A stretch of 64,000 bases of DNA. Source: Eukaryota sp. GEM-RC1 (lineage: Eukaryota). Shown here piece by piece: positions 24,767-38,030 of the stretch. The translations under genes and the position numbers were made by a program. How positions within the stretch are numbered: the stretch's first letter is position 1; each line of letters opens with the position of its first letter. The notes beneath the pieces were generated by a model. The model was not told the origin of the DNA. It did not search any database and saw nothing but the letters and a program-made list of their open reading frames with translations. The stretch is from the NCBI GenBank assembly GCA_040285855.1, contig JAUFOQ010000001.1, positions 2,976,001 to 3,040,000 on the forward strand, read 5' to 3'.

Positions 24767-26432
24767 TTTGAACAGAAATGTTTTCATTTGTCTAATTTTT
24801 CTCAGTTAGACAATATTTTCAAGCTGTTATTCACAGTCAACTTTAGAATCACTCTCAGTGACGTTAGGAAAAAATTTGCTGTCTATGTTATCAGCATTGT
24901 CAGCATTTGGGGCACCAATACATTCATTGTCTTAATCGGCAATAAGCAATAATATTGCAATATATATCAACAGTTGATTTTGTTATACAACTACCAACTT
25001 TGGAATGAATATAGCGTTGGAAGAGTTCTTCTCATCCATGCCAAGATTTGTTAGCTCAAACGAATGAAGAGTAGATAGTATTACATAATTGCACTAGTAC
25101 TGGGGTTCTAGTCAGTTCTCAAATTACCCCACGTGTTTTTCAGAAGACATTGTATCTGTGTTTACATGCCTGTCCACACAGTGTTTTTTGATGGTGTTTT
25201 TTTTGGAAAAATGCTTTTGATACATACTATGGATTCAATAGTACAGAGTTTGATTATTAACATTGTAATGAGCCAATTCTTGCCTTCATTCATCATCTCA
25301 TCACTGGTTTATTGGATTCTCTGGTCCTGATGGAATGAATTGGTGATTAATATCACATTGTGTTAGTAATTTCACCACTTTTGCTGGCATTGTAGTTTTC
25401 GGTGGTCAAACAGTATTGAAAGAAACACACGGGTACTTTCGAAGCTAAGCGCTCTAGATTTTGTTGCAAAAAACCAAGCAGACATGCTGTGTTTTTGCGT
25501 GTCTTCTAAATGACACTGTGTTCGTGTGTAGTGCCCTCGAACACTAGTTCCAGCAGAGAATTTGGAAATTAATAAATATGTAAATAAATTGATTTAATGT
25601 GGTGTTGATAAAAACAATACATTTACTGTTAGCCCACAGTAGAACATATATCCACATCAATAAATCCTTCAATTTCCTTGCGTTAATTGAAACTGTGAGA
25701 TCAATTATCAAGAAATTTCATCTTAGTAGTAGTAAAGGAAGGACCAAACCAAGAAGACTCTGAAGAACTGTTACAGGTAGGAAGTAGTTCAGATCATCAA
25801 CCTTTGTGAACTAGATCGCTCATTGACAACTACATAAATCTCAAGTTGGTTCGTTTTGTTCAAAACAGTAATAACATATTTTATTTGGTCAAAAATACAG
25901 CACGGAACATTTGCGTTCCATGCTTGTAGTCATAAATGTATCCTAAATAGGAACACGGAAATGATACGTGTGGATTCACATGTCATTCGTTCCACTTTCG
26001 TTTTTATTCAGCAATTCGTTTTCACGAATTTTAGCTAAATGTCAAATGCTTTTTTGGCTTAACAAAATTTTGTTTTCGTTGCCGAATGTAACTTTCGCCC
26101 AAGTATTTACATGGAACTACGATACTCGATTTTGGGCAAGCTTACCGTCATGTATGTTCAATGACCAATTTAATGAATTTGAAATGTAGTGGCCCACAAA
26201 GTCTCCAGTTTATTGTGATTGATTCAAATTACCATCCATATTGGATTTATATTCTGAAATTCGATCTGGCAACTTAACATTCTTTTTGTAACATTCTTCT
26301 TTTCCGAAAAACAAGTGTCACAAGTATTTCTAAAATTTAATCAAATTTCGTTACCAGAAACTAATAAGATACTGAAGGGACCTGCTCAAAGTAAAATCGT
26401 TGTGATTACATTTAATCGAATTGGATTGACTC

Positions 26433-29400
26433 TTATAGCTGCGGAAATTCATCAATTCTGAGACTAATCTTAGATAAACCCGACGATAATTGTCGTGCAC
26501 TGATTAATGCTGACACGTGATCCTCAGACAGCTCACAATGACTGAAATCAATGAAAGTCAAAGTAGGGACAATGAATATGTTACAGAATGCTGATAATGT
26601 ACTATCACAAAGGCGTATTCGCTTCAATAAGAGTTCCTTGATACCAAAACGATAAACAAAACCAATTAAAGAGGAGATTTCTTCAGAAGTCAATTGAGTA
26701 GCTTGTCCAGGTGAAAAACAAAATACTCCATTTTCAATATCTATAAAATGAGGGGAAATATCAAGATCTAAAACTGTGTTGTTAATGGAAATAATTTGAC
26801 ATAATAACATAAGTTCCTCTAAAAATAGGCACTTGTGAACGTGGCATTTAACATGTTTAATACTAATAGGAACTTCTAAAATTAAATTATTTAACAATGA
26901 AGACAAATCAAAAGAGTCAACATCAATTTCGTAATGAATAGTTGAAAGAGAAACATCAATGATGTGAGGCAAAACTTTAATATTTGTTGTTAATTTGCCA
27001 GTAAAAATCAAAATCCGTTCAAAAATAGTTAAAAGAACATTTAAACTGATAGAATTGTGGCTTAAATTGACACTTGTGATCAGGGGTTGGAAATATTGCA
27101 TTGGCAATATATTGGATTGTTCTTTTAATATATCGGAAGTCATTTGATCGTTTTCAAAAAGTTATACTGTATTTAGATGTAAAACTTTATAATATAAATA
27201 AACAATGCAATTCTACTTACTCGTCACTATTCGCTTCTTCATCTTCTGGACACCAATGTTATCTACACATATCACTGACCGTCTCAAGATCCCAGAGTTC
27301 GTTGTTGTAGTGGAGAAACAACTGCATCTCAAGGTTCTTACTGCGTAAGCCCTGCCTGTTTAGACCAAGGAGACATTTTGTTTTTGAAAACAAACGCTCA
27401 ACTTCAACGGAAGTACCTGGAACGAACTTCAAGTCAACATAATTTAATTTTGTAATTTCATTCTTGAGTACTTTCGTGGTCGAGCTGCATCAACAGAATT
27501 GAATTGTCGACAATCTCCAAAAACATAGTCTAACCAGTTGAACAATTGACTGTGGCGTGTCATAACAAATGAGCTTATGGGCAGCCTGTTTTCCATCTTT
27601 GAGTTCCTGTGCCTTTTTTTCCCATTCGTCATGCTTTTTTGATATGGAGAACTAAAATGGTCCATCCCGACCCCAATTTACGGCGCCGCTTGACACCGCA
27701 GTAACATTGCCATACTTCAGTGCTTTCAGACACCGGGCTATTGGAAGCATCCACCACGATGATTTCTCCATCTGCATTGTTACGGAGTGTCTCTTGTTCA
27801 AGTCCAAGATACTTGAAAAGAGCATAGACAACTCCTTGTTTGAGCGGTCTGCCATTTGACGTAGTGAGAAGAGTGAAGTGACTTTATTCTCTTCTAAAAC
27901 CAATATAAAATCAATACTGGCAATATATTGCAATATGACAGTTAACGGCAATATGGAACAATACAATACAATACAGGACTTAAGCTACCGATTGCATATT
28001 GGTACCAATATATTGAAAATATTGAATTGTCAATGCAATATTTCCAACCCCTGCTGGTGATGCATGAGGTAAAATTGCCAATCAATTTCAGAATCTGATC
28101 GTCACATAATTGAGTAACAACAGGTGGAGTACAACGAAACGAATCAAGAAAATCAGTATCACGCGACCAGATTGGAAGAAAACTTGCCACTTGACATTCA
28201 CTGAAGTCAATAGAAGTCAAAAATGTACTAGAAACAATTAAATCATACAAGCCATTAACTGATTCCTTTGAAAAAATACATCGTTTAACTAAACTCTTTG
28301 ATACTAAAATCCTCCAAAAAACACCTTAAATACGAGATTTCGTTGGTGCTAATTTCAGTAGCTGTTAAAGGTGTAAAACAACAAACACCATTATTGACGT
28401 CAATAATGTGAATAATGCCATTGTGAAAAGTCATAGTTCCAAGAGCAACAGAAAAAGAACAAGACGGGAATTGAACCATTTGAATTGATTTGTGAGCTAC
28501 TGATAAGTCGAAAACAGTGAACAATGTTTCAGAGCGAATAGCCATGTAGTTACCCCTGAAAGTTACACTAAATAGACAAGAATTCAATCTTACAGCGTCA
28601 ATAATTGTCAAGACACCATAATCAGACATGTGACAATCACTGAAGTCAATGGAAGTCAATGAATTGTTATCCCTGATTAAGTCACATAGTACAAATAGAG
28701 CTGCGTTGGTAAATCTACATTTTTGTAGAGTTAGTTAGCTCTTTAATATTGAAACGTTAAACAAAAGACTGTAGAAATAAGACATCTTTGGCAGATATTT
28801 GAAAAGAATTTCGTGGTAAATGACAAAAGACAAAAACTCCATCTTCAAAGTCAATAAGATAGGGAGAAATGTCTAGTAGAGAACTCAATTTACAACAAAA
28901 TATTGTCTCACATACTGAACAGAAAGAGGATAAACTTAAATTCAAGACATGGAAAATGACTTTTGTTAGACTCGAATTCTTTTCTACTGCTTTCAGTATC
29001 ATTTGAAAGTGCAAAAAAGTCAAAATAGAAGCGTCGAGATTAAATACCAGTAAACCAGTATTGTTATGCAGTATTTGTATTAGACATTGGACCTCTTTTT
29101 CGACATCTATACGGTAATTTGAATCTACTACTAACTCTAATAGTGAAGTATTGGTTTGAAGTGCTTTTGCGAGGGACACGAAATACCAAAACAATCACAG
29201 ATTGTCAGTTTTTTTAAAAACGAATTGGATTGTAAAATTTCAGAAAGATCTGCTTCATTGAATTTAGTATTACTTACAGTTATTTCTCGAAGGGACAAAT
29301 TGTTTTTAAGTGCTGCACACACTGAAAAGTCAAGACTAGGAGACTTTGGACGAAATGAAACTGCTTCAAGAGTGGAACTGTTGAAAAGTGGAACAATTGC

Positions 29401-30690
29401 AGAAATATTTTTAAAGAAAAAAGTAGCTAAATCAAGTGTTTTAACAACCTTATTACAACGAATTGCAGTAAATAGATTAGTTAATACAGTATCATCAAAC
29501 ACTGAACGCTCATCATACTGGTTTGAAAGAGTTACTTTTTTTAGGGTAAAATTCAAAAACACTCATGTCCCAAATCTATATTTCATAACCACTCAAATGG
29601 AATTTGATATTACAAAAAACACTCATTAGATCACTATAATATTGATATCAATACAACCAAGTCATTGTTTTACTATATTTTGATTACTATTATCTCATCT
29701 ATCTATCGATATGCCATCTACTACTTGTTGGGACATGTCTTCATTGTATGTCCCTTCTTCTTGCAGATACTGCATCCGTAATGTTCAATTTTTTAAAAAT
29801 AGTTCTTGAAGACCGGTCAACGGAATTAATCGAGGGAAATGAAGATGTAGTTCATCAACAGTGCAATTAACCATTAGAAACTTGTAGAGTGATGAAAAAG
29901 GGTTCTCTAGATTGTACTTCACAGGTGAGTCTTCTTAGACGTTGCATCACAGGAGGCGCTGGTCCAGTGAAAAAGTCCATGTTCTTCTCGTTCAAATCCA
30001 GTCTAAGACCTTAAATAATGGGCATTAATCCATGAATTCGATCAAAATTCAAAACTCAATTGTCAGTCACAAAGACTGAATGCAGATCTGCTTCGAAGAA
30101 TGTGGCAATTGAAGACAGTATTTGATAGTCATCTAAAACTATTGCGAAAGTGTGGGTGTTGAAGAACACTTTCACTGAAGTCAAAACATTGTTAAAAAAA
30201 GCAACGACTCACATACACAATCTTTTTGTAGAACAGAGGGAGTTTATGTTTTATTCTAAGGAGAGGACTACGGAAATCATTATCACTGTAAGAAGCAAAC
30301 TCATCATCACTGTATGTATAAAAGTAATCATCCATATCCATAGTGACGTCAAGGGAGTGGTACTTGAAATCATAGTGGTACTTGTCATTCACCTCAAGAG
30401 AGGACTTCAGAGTGCTTCTTAGGAAACAAAGATTGATCGAAATCAACAACGTATGCTGAAGACGTATAACTGTAGAAAACTCTTCATGTGGTGGTGAAGC
30501 AGAAAGTGGACCAGAGATTCGGGATGAGAGTTTAGATGAAGGAGACAGAGAATAGACTGTGTCAGTAGTAACAAACAGAGTACCTGGAAACCGACATGTC
30601 TTAAGTGGAGGTTCAGGGTAAACCATGTTCTTGTTCTACAGTTTTGTAGAAGATAATGGTAGATTTGCCAATTCGTACTACCAGTAGTAT
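26433..30690 (-). pseudogene. large RI-like (NLRC3-type repeats) LRR pseudogene with a hAT insertion
   Basis: SLAKALQTNTSLLEL, ALKNNLSLREI and repeated LTSIDFSxC across many broken ORFs. The 5' boundary is approximate. Confidence 0.7.
27081..28053 (-). mobile_element. internally deleted hAT element, 973 bp
   Basis: TIRs CAGGGGTTGGAAATATTGCATTG; TSD CTTGTGAT/CTGGTGAT (7/8). It retains N-terminal remnants (FNWLDYV) fused to the C-terminal VPGTSVEVERLFSK...LFLHYNNELW, related to the 17164 transposase. Confidence 0.92.
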
Positions 30691-31019
30691 CAGCTCGAAG
30701 AATCAATATTATTTAGCACATAGCAGTTGTCAAATGACGTGACGATTCTCGATTTGGAAATACCAAGTCGTCGTGGGATGGCTTCTCAGTGATTCATGTC
30801 ACGTCGCAACGGGCTATGACGTATGAAAATTTGTATCTACGCGTACTTTGTCTTTATTAGGTCCTTGATCAAATAGAAAATTTGTCCATAATCTGGATCA
30901 ATGGGTGCGAACGCTAAGAAGCCATCACTATGGATTTAGCCACAAGTGCTTGAATAATAAGTACAAACCATTCCAATGTATTGATTACTAAATTGATATA
31001 TTTCGCCGACCAGAACATG

Positions 31020-31313
31020 ACCTTTTCTCCAAAGTTGGTCCGCAATTTATCAACTTCTCATTTGAAAACAAGACATTTCAAAAATTGTCGTAGCTCTTCC
31101 TGGGCTTCCTGGACTTGCTATAGAGTTTACACGTTAAATCTAAAAATGGAAGTACTGAAGTGGAAGTGAAAAACATATGTTGTTTAGTGATGTAAGCGTA
31201 AAACTAAAACAAACACGAATGGACTACGGACCACAGTAGAAAGGAATGGACTGAAGACCAAACTTTAGAGGTCTGTAGTCTGGTCGGTTGGTCTGGTCTT
31301 TTGCCCATCACTA
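31020..31313. mobile_element. possible solo hAT end with BED-like remnant
   Basis: Ends in GCCCATCACTA (reverse complement TAGTGATGGGC) after GGTC/GGAC repeats; STSHLKTRH upstream; no matching TSD found. Confidence 0.35.
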
Positions 31314-31690
31314 CCAGCGATGATGAAACGACCCCTTCGAAATTTTGAAGGGGTCAGAAGTTGGTTGTTCCTTGCACATTTGTTCCATGTTACTGTCGTC
31401 ATGGTGACAGCGAATCGCACCACCAGCGACGACTTCATCAGGCCATTTAATTTCCTCATTTATGCACAAAGGGTAGATGGGAACGACGTCATCGGGGTAG
31501 AAGGGAGGTAAAAGAAGATGAACAATGATCCCGATCTTCAGTTAATCTTTAATTTTAGAGTCTGGCAACAATTTACTGTAATTCTATTACCATGAACTTT
31601 TGACCCCTATTCATTAATTAAAAATTGGTCTAACATAGTGCAATATATTGGACCAATAAATTGAACAAAAACGTGGGTAACATTCATTTT

Positions 31691-32421
31691 TACTCATTCA
31701 CCAAATCAATATTTATCACATACTCAAAATGAAATTACAATTACAAACCATACTCATTTTATATCCAGTCCAATTTCCACATGTAATCTCTGCTTTTCCA
31801 ACTTCACTTTATTCCTGCCATTAATTAAAACCAGCTATATAATCTACTACTTGTTTGAGCATGTCTTCATAATATGATAATAGGATCATTGTAGGAGTGG
31901 CGAAGTTCTTGAATTGATGAGTTTAGTTCAGAATAGGAATCTTCAAAAGTACCGTACAAATCGGTCTCAATCTGAGTCTGAGCTTTGTAAGCGTGTTAGT
32001 AATTTACAGAAGCACCGTTAGAAGCTTTAAAAGACTAATTGTAGACGCAGTTGTTTGTAAGTTCTGTTGGATGGTTCTTCTAACAGGAGTTATAGTTGCT
32101 ACTTGAGATGCTGTTAAAGACTTATGGGTTGTTCTTAATCCAGAGCAGCTGTGTTCAAGAGTCAAAGGGGTGTATTAGAATCAGCTTTAAGATCATAAGT
32201 AGAAAGTTTCCATGTACAATCATCATTTTTGCACTGTACGCTTTGAGTTGTTCTAAAACTGCGTTTGTAAACTAAGTATTCTTCTTGTACAATTTCTTTT
32301 AGAGAGTTTTGGATGTAAAGACAGCTCTTTATTTGAGAGTCATTATATTATAGTGTCAATTTGTCATGATTTTTCATTTCAATTTGAGTATGTGTGAAAT
32401 ATTGTTTGGGAAATGAGTATA
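31691..32421. repeat. degenerate ~50-bp inverted repeat pair (old MITE-like element)
   Basis: TACTCATTCACCAAATCAATATTTATCACATACTCAAAATGAAAT resembles the reverse complement of 32371-32421. Confidence 0.45.
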
Positions 32422-33842
32422 TTTGCCATTTATGACAAAGACATTCTTTAAGGTGACATAAGTCTCTATAACATTTACGGAAAAAACAGTTTATTAATGA
32501 AGGGGGCAAAAATACATATCAAAATAAAAGCAGTAAAACACTAGACACTGAAAATTCCTGGTCAACACTGCCACAGTTCTTTTATAAGTTCGTGATAATT
32601 GATTAACTACACTGGGGCATCGAGTGGAATAGAGATAGAAAACCAAACGGTTATGCCAAATTGATTAGTTAAATCTCTTATTTTGAAACTTACACATGGA
32701 TCCAGGTTAAAAACTGAGAAGACATTTCACCAATATTACCGAAGATGTATTTGAAGATAGAAATAGCAAATGGAACAACTACAAATTTTGATTGAAGTCA
32801 GCAACATTTTTAGAATACAAATCAATTTTACGTTTTTCAGCTGTTTCTAGGTGGTTGAAACCTCTTGAAGTTAAGCTGTTAACAAAAATGGGAGCACATG
32901 GATCGAATGTTGCTGCTACAATACAGTACAATGACAAGTCAACATTGTTCGGAATTAGAAAGACGTTTGAGAATAGTTGCGCTGAAGTGCAAACCACTAG
33001 GGTTTTACTCTTAACTTCAACTGCGAATTATATTGATTTCTTCTTTATCAGTTGTTGCGAATAATGTCTCAGTTAATGAGTACATTGGATAAACTGAACA
33101 GTTTTAGAGAGCAGTTATAACAGATTCACGTGTGTTGTTGGGTGGGGTCTGGTGGTCAAAATTCCTGTCAGTTAATGTCACTGATAGGCACTGAAAGTCA
33201 AAAAGTGACGATATATACAAATGAGATTTCTATTAGTACATCAACAGCACGGTTTTCGAATTATGGTTGATATCCGGTTCCGAATATATCGATTGGAATG
33301 AAGTTTTTGCCATACGATGTATATCCAGGTTATATAATTGAACTACAATAGGGGGAACATTCAATTGTGTACTAAGTTCCAACAATTTATTGAAACAATA
33401 AAGAATACTTTGCTGACTGATGTTTTCTTCATATGTTGATCATCGAAAACAGTCCGATGTCAAGGATATCTAGTCAAATTATTAGCGTTCTGATGTAATT
33501 GTTGCCATTAATTTAGGTCAGAGGTGTAGTAATTTGAAATTATTCTAAATGTCATAGCATAAACAACTAAAACTAAAAATTCTCCAATAACGTAGTTAAA
33601 TTTAATTTGTGCTAGTTTTTTTTTGAATTATTCATAAATGTCACTATTTTGTCTCTCGCTTTTAAAAACAGTTTTGTTCTCCAGAAACTAGACATGTTGG
33701 TCTGAATCAGAGTGATCGTTCCTGTTTGTGATTATCATATCAGATTGCAATATTGTCATTGGTTTAAACACGACTTTATATAAAAATAACAGATTTAAAA
33801 ATATACAATGGTATGACGTCATTAAAATCAATCTAATCACAT

Positions 33843-34010
33843 CAATCAAACACGTTTCACTTTCTATTCGTGATCTTGACCGCCAACTAACATTCCAAAA
33901 AATCAAATTACTAGGAATATCAGTACTAAAAGCAGATGATTTATTTCAACTTACTTGTTTTTTAATCGTCCAATTTATTTTCTTCTGATACTACCTTGGT
34001 AATTGCTACT
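33843..34010 (-). pseudogene. decayed copy of the 3' end of the BTB-SPRY-like genes
   Basis: ACTAACATTCCAAAAAATCAAATTACTAGGAATATCA and CAATCAAACACGTT match 22430-22510. Confidence 0.7.
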
Positions 34011-35199
34011 GGTCATTTTTTTAGAGAAGACTACCTCCAAAATCCTGGAAAGAGCAATCTAATTAACCGGAGCTTACAGGCTTAAAGCATCGATACGTAT
34101 TGGCTGACCCCCCCCCCTCAACCAGAGGAGTGTGCTAATCAGACACAAAGCTGAAGACAACTATCTCGCTTATTTTACCATTTTAAAAGTCTTAGTTCAT
34201 TGTTTGGTAATGGTACTGGATGACGTATGTTACCAGACAGTTCACAGTAAATACATTTTAGATTCTTCCAAGCGCTTTACGAAAAAGGAAATCAGAAGAA
34301 ATAATATTGCTTCGATCCAAGTAGCCCAATCATACAAACGACTAATGCTGTGAAAAGACCGTGTTGCTCCTCACACACCTCCTTTCTTTTCTTCTTCTTT
34401 CTTCTATTCTGTTCTTGGATTGTCTCTTGTTATTTGATACCACAATTGATTCCTCACAAACTCTCCATTCCTTCCTCATTTTTACTCTAAAAGAAGCTTG
34501 TTCTTGTACAAATTAATTTTACGTCTTTCTGCATGTGTTTCTTCTAACTAACCAACGTAATTACCAAACCTTTAAAAGCGTTCACTTGTTCCCCTTTCCT
34601 TCATGAAACCAGTTACAGGTTACCTACAAATGTATTAACTGTATCTTTTTCTTGGTTCAGTCTGACTGTGACCATATTGCAATTAATTCAACTCCAATCG
34701 AATAAAAACATTCATCTTACTTTCGAGGAAAAGAGAACTCATCTTGCTCCTCGCAGTCAAGGTGGACTTAAAGACAGAAATATACCTTCTAATCTGCCGT
34801 CTCCAGATATGTTATATTCTCAACTCAACAACATGCTGAAGAACTAGGGTTTTGGATCGACGACTCTGGCAATTGGATGATGAAGAAGAAGATTTCTCAA
34901 GTGATACCTCCATATCCGACGATAAAATACCTTTTGCCTTTGAAGACGACGAGGATCCTGCAAATTGTGGATTAAATAAGGTGACGTGATAACAGAAAGT
35001 GAAATTAACAGCTAATGAAAAAAACAATTATTGATAAACACGTAAAGTAAGCAATAATGACTGGCACTTTTTAACTGACCATTTTCTAATCAATGTACAC
35101 GAGAAACAATAACAACCAAAGTATTAAAATCTTGAGAATGAAAACAATCTTTTATATATTACATTCAGTGAATTGCATATGAAATGCTTTTTGTAGACC

Positions 35200-36110
35200 T
35201 TCTCACAACCTTCTTGCAAAATCTTTCCTGCACACTTTCTTACAACAAGACTAAAAATCAAAACACTAGAAGAACTTTATTCAATGAAATGTCTTGAAAA
35301 GCATTCCTAGGATCCAGTGTAGTTCCGGTAGCTGTGACTTACTGTCTTTCTGGTCAGAAAAAGAACAGATTGGAACCTCATTCTCTAGACCTTTATTACG
35401 CTGAGAGTTTTTCATGGAGCCCTTCTGTAATAAAAGACTTCTTTCTTCAGCATTTTGATGCAGTTGTAGTAGCAACTGAGATTGTTCCGCATCATCAAAG
35501 CATCTACCAGTTCTTCTTCGCCTACGGTGGGGGCTGGACAGTGTACAGTCAGCCACAGTGAAAAATGGATTTCCTCCCGGTCTGCTGCTGCTTCTGCTGA
35601 CCGAAAAGCATCCGCCTTTGGAATAACAGTTAGTGCCGACAACATATCTGCAAAAGAATTCTCAAGATTTGTCAAAGAGCTATACCAAGACGACGCGAGA
35701 TCCACAACTGTTGAGTATCTACAACAACAAAATCCCGAAATTGAAGCCTCACTCTCTGCACGGGAAAGCTGGACTAGGGCGTACTTTGAGGATCAAACGG
35801 TGACACAGGAGTCACTCACTTGTGTCACTTTTTCATGAAAGTCAACCGTGCGTGTGGACAATGACAATGAAAAAACTCTTGAAAACGATGCAATTTTTCA
35901 AACAATTTCAAAGGAGATCATCGAATCAAAGAATGCTGCCATTAACTTACTGGAAACTAGATCAGAGAACGTCATTTGCTTGATCACCAGTTTGATTCGT
36001 ACTGCCAGAAAAAGGAATATCTTCTGTTGCTCATCATACTGCAGTTGTAGCTGAGCGTTTAACAAAAGGTCAACAATGCTCCAAATAGTCATCGATGGTT
36101 TCTTTTATTT
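35200..36110 (+). pseudogene. unknown-family ORF remnant convergent with IS630/Tc1 copy C
   Basis: Fragments 35334..35561, 35482..35838 and 35848..36054; similar to 11750-12349. Confidence 0.5.
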
Positions 36111-36199
36111 AAATTCAATAAACTATTTAACAGTTTCCTTTGTTACTCTTCTATCAGATTTCGAAGATTACTTTTGATAAGACAAGGAGATTTATAAAC

Positions 36200-36900
36200 A
36201 GCATATGGCTTCCATCCAGCGTTTGACAAGATTCTTGAACAATCATATTTCATACAATTTTGTGAAATAACATTTAAACACTGAATTTGGTCCATATTTC
36301 TCGATAAAAATGAGCAAACCGGCGAACTCTTTTTTAAAAAGATCCAAAAAAGTTTCTATTGGATTTTGCTCCGGACCGTAAGGGGACCCCTGCTTGTTGT
36401 AAAGCAGCAGTGATGTCTGGGTGAATATGGATTCTACATCCATCTAGCATGATACAGCTTCTGGGCCCACATCTAGTATTCAAGAAACCAAATCAAAGAA
36501 GTCATACTAAAAAACCAATAAACAGATGTCTATCCAAGTGTCCTTCCTGAATGTGAGAATGAACATAACCATTAACATCCATAGCTACGCATGCGGAAAT
36601 TTGTGAGTAATTCATCGGGATCGACTCAACTGTAATGGGTGGAAAGATACTTTATCAATGAATAGAAAGTGTTCTTGTACTACTGGTGCTACATAGTACA
36701 GAATAGTCCAGCCAAACCGCTCAATGAGCTCACGCTTTACTCTACGAACAACAGCTTGACACTTTTTATATGTAAAACCATCTTGTACAAGAGTACGATA
36801 CTGGTATTTCAACCAAAAGTGATCAGTCGAAGAGTTGATTTTGAACCACGGTCATAAATAGCGACAGGAAACAGCAAGGTCTGAGACCATGAATATTGTC
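36200..36900 (-). pseudogene. IS630/Tc1-like transposase remnant (copy C)
   Basis: FLFIDKVSF, ISACVAMDVNGYVHSHIQEGHLDR and SPYGPEQNPIETF. Confidence 0.8.
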
Positions 36901-37535
36901 TCAGAAATTACTTCTAAAACGAGAAAGATTTCAATAATCATCCAGCAGTTCCATTATAATAGGAGATAGAATGGAATGTTCAAGGTACAATAGACTTCGA
37001 TTTGATGGATTTTACGTGGAAGAGAAGAATGAAACGGATAGTAAGAAGTATAAGAAATAAAGTCTTGAGGTTTAAGGAGTTTCACTGACATTAAGCAGGA
37101 GAAAGACGGAGAAGAACATTCATCATGACAAAGAACGTGGACTTCTCAGAAGAACCAATCTCAACTGTGAATATAAACCTCATTGATTGGGAAAGGAATT
37201 TGGAACAGAAAAGTGACATTGTCATACTCGATGGACTTTGTTAGACTTACCATTGGCGCGTGGTGTTTGTGGGTTATCTGGACTCTCATCTGGTACTTCT
37301 TCATTAGATCTAAACGTCTAACCTCACTAACAAAAGCTTACGAAGATTCTTCCGCTTGTTCTTCCGCAACTGAGTGCTCTTCACCTGAATTTCATCTAGA
37401 TTAATGGCTTTACTTTTACGCTATCTGCTACCCGCTCCTCCATGCCCCTCCATCAATCCTTCCGGTTCCTCTAACACAGTCTTCCACTCTCTTCCATGTA
37501 CACTTACTTCTCCGTTTCCGTTATTTCCACCTCAA

Positions 37536-37967
37536 ATGCTCTTCAAGTCGTCTTCCCAAATTGCCCCTGTTCCTCTCTCACCTCTCTCACAAGGTTTACT
37601 CGATGCATCAGCTGCGTGGCTCCTTTCCTTCACTCTCAAGCTCACCCCTTCCTCCACGATTGGTCTCCTCTATGCTGCCCCATCTCGTCGTCTTCACCAC
37701 ACTCTTCTGGAGATTTCCTCTCAATGTCCAACCTCCGCCAACTATTCCTCGCTTTGGGCTTTTCTACAAGGCTTCTCCCACTCGTTTCTTTCTTCTCGTT
37801 TCGATGTTTCTGAGACCACTGCTTCTGTGCTATCTGGGCTATCCGTCAGCTTCTTAATGCATCTCCCTCATGGTAAAAACACTGCTATTCAACATGCTCT
37901 CGTTTCTGGAGGTAGTATGGGTGTCAATTCTGTTGTAGGCGATTTGATCAATAAAATACGTAAATGA
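37536..37967 (+). CDS. small membrane protein, candidate divergent Tim17/Tim22/Tim23 family member
   Basis: The spacing of GLLYAAPSRR...I...P...W and ASVLSG...G...A resembles Tim17. Alternative start at 37404. Confidence 0.45.
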   Translation: MLFKSSSQIAPVPLSPLSQGLLDASAAWLLSFTLKLTPSSTIGLLYAAPSRRLHHTLLEISSQCPTSANYSSLWAFLQGFSHSFLSSRFDVSETTASVLSGLSVSFLMHLPHGKNTAIQHALVSGGSMGVNSVVGDLINKIRK

Positions 37968-38030
37968 GTTCTTCTTTATTTTAATTTAATTGAAACATGC
38001 ACAATTGAAATGATCCTATGTGATAGTATT

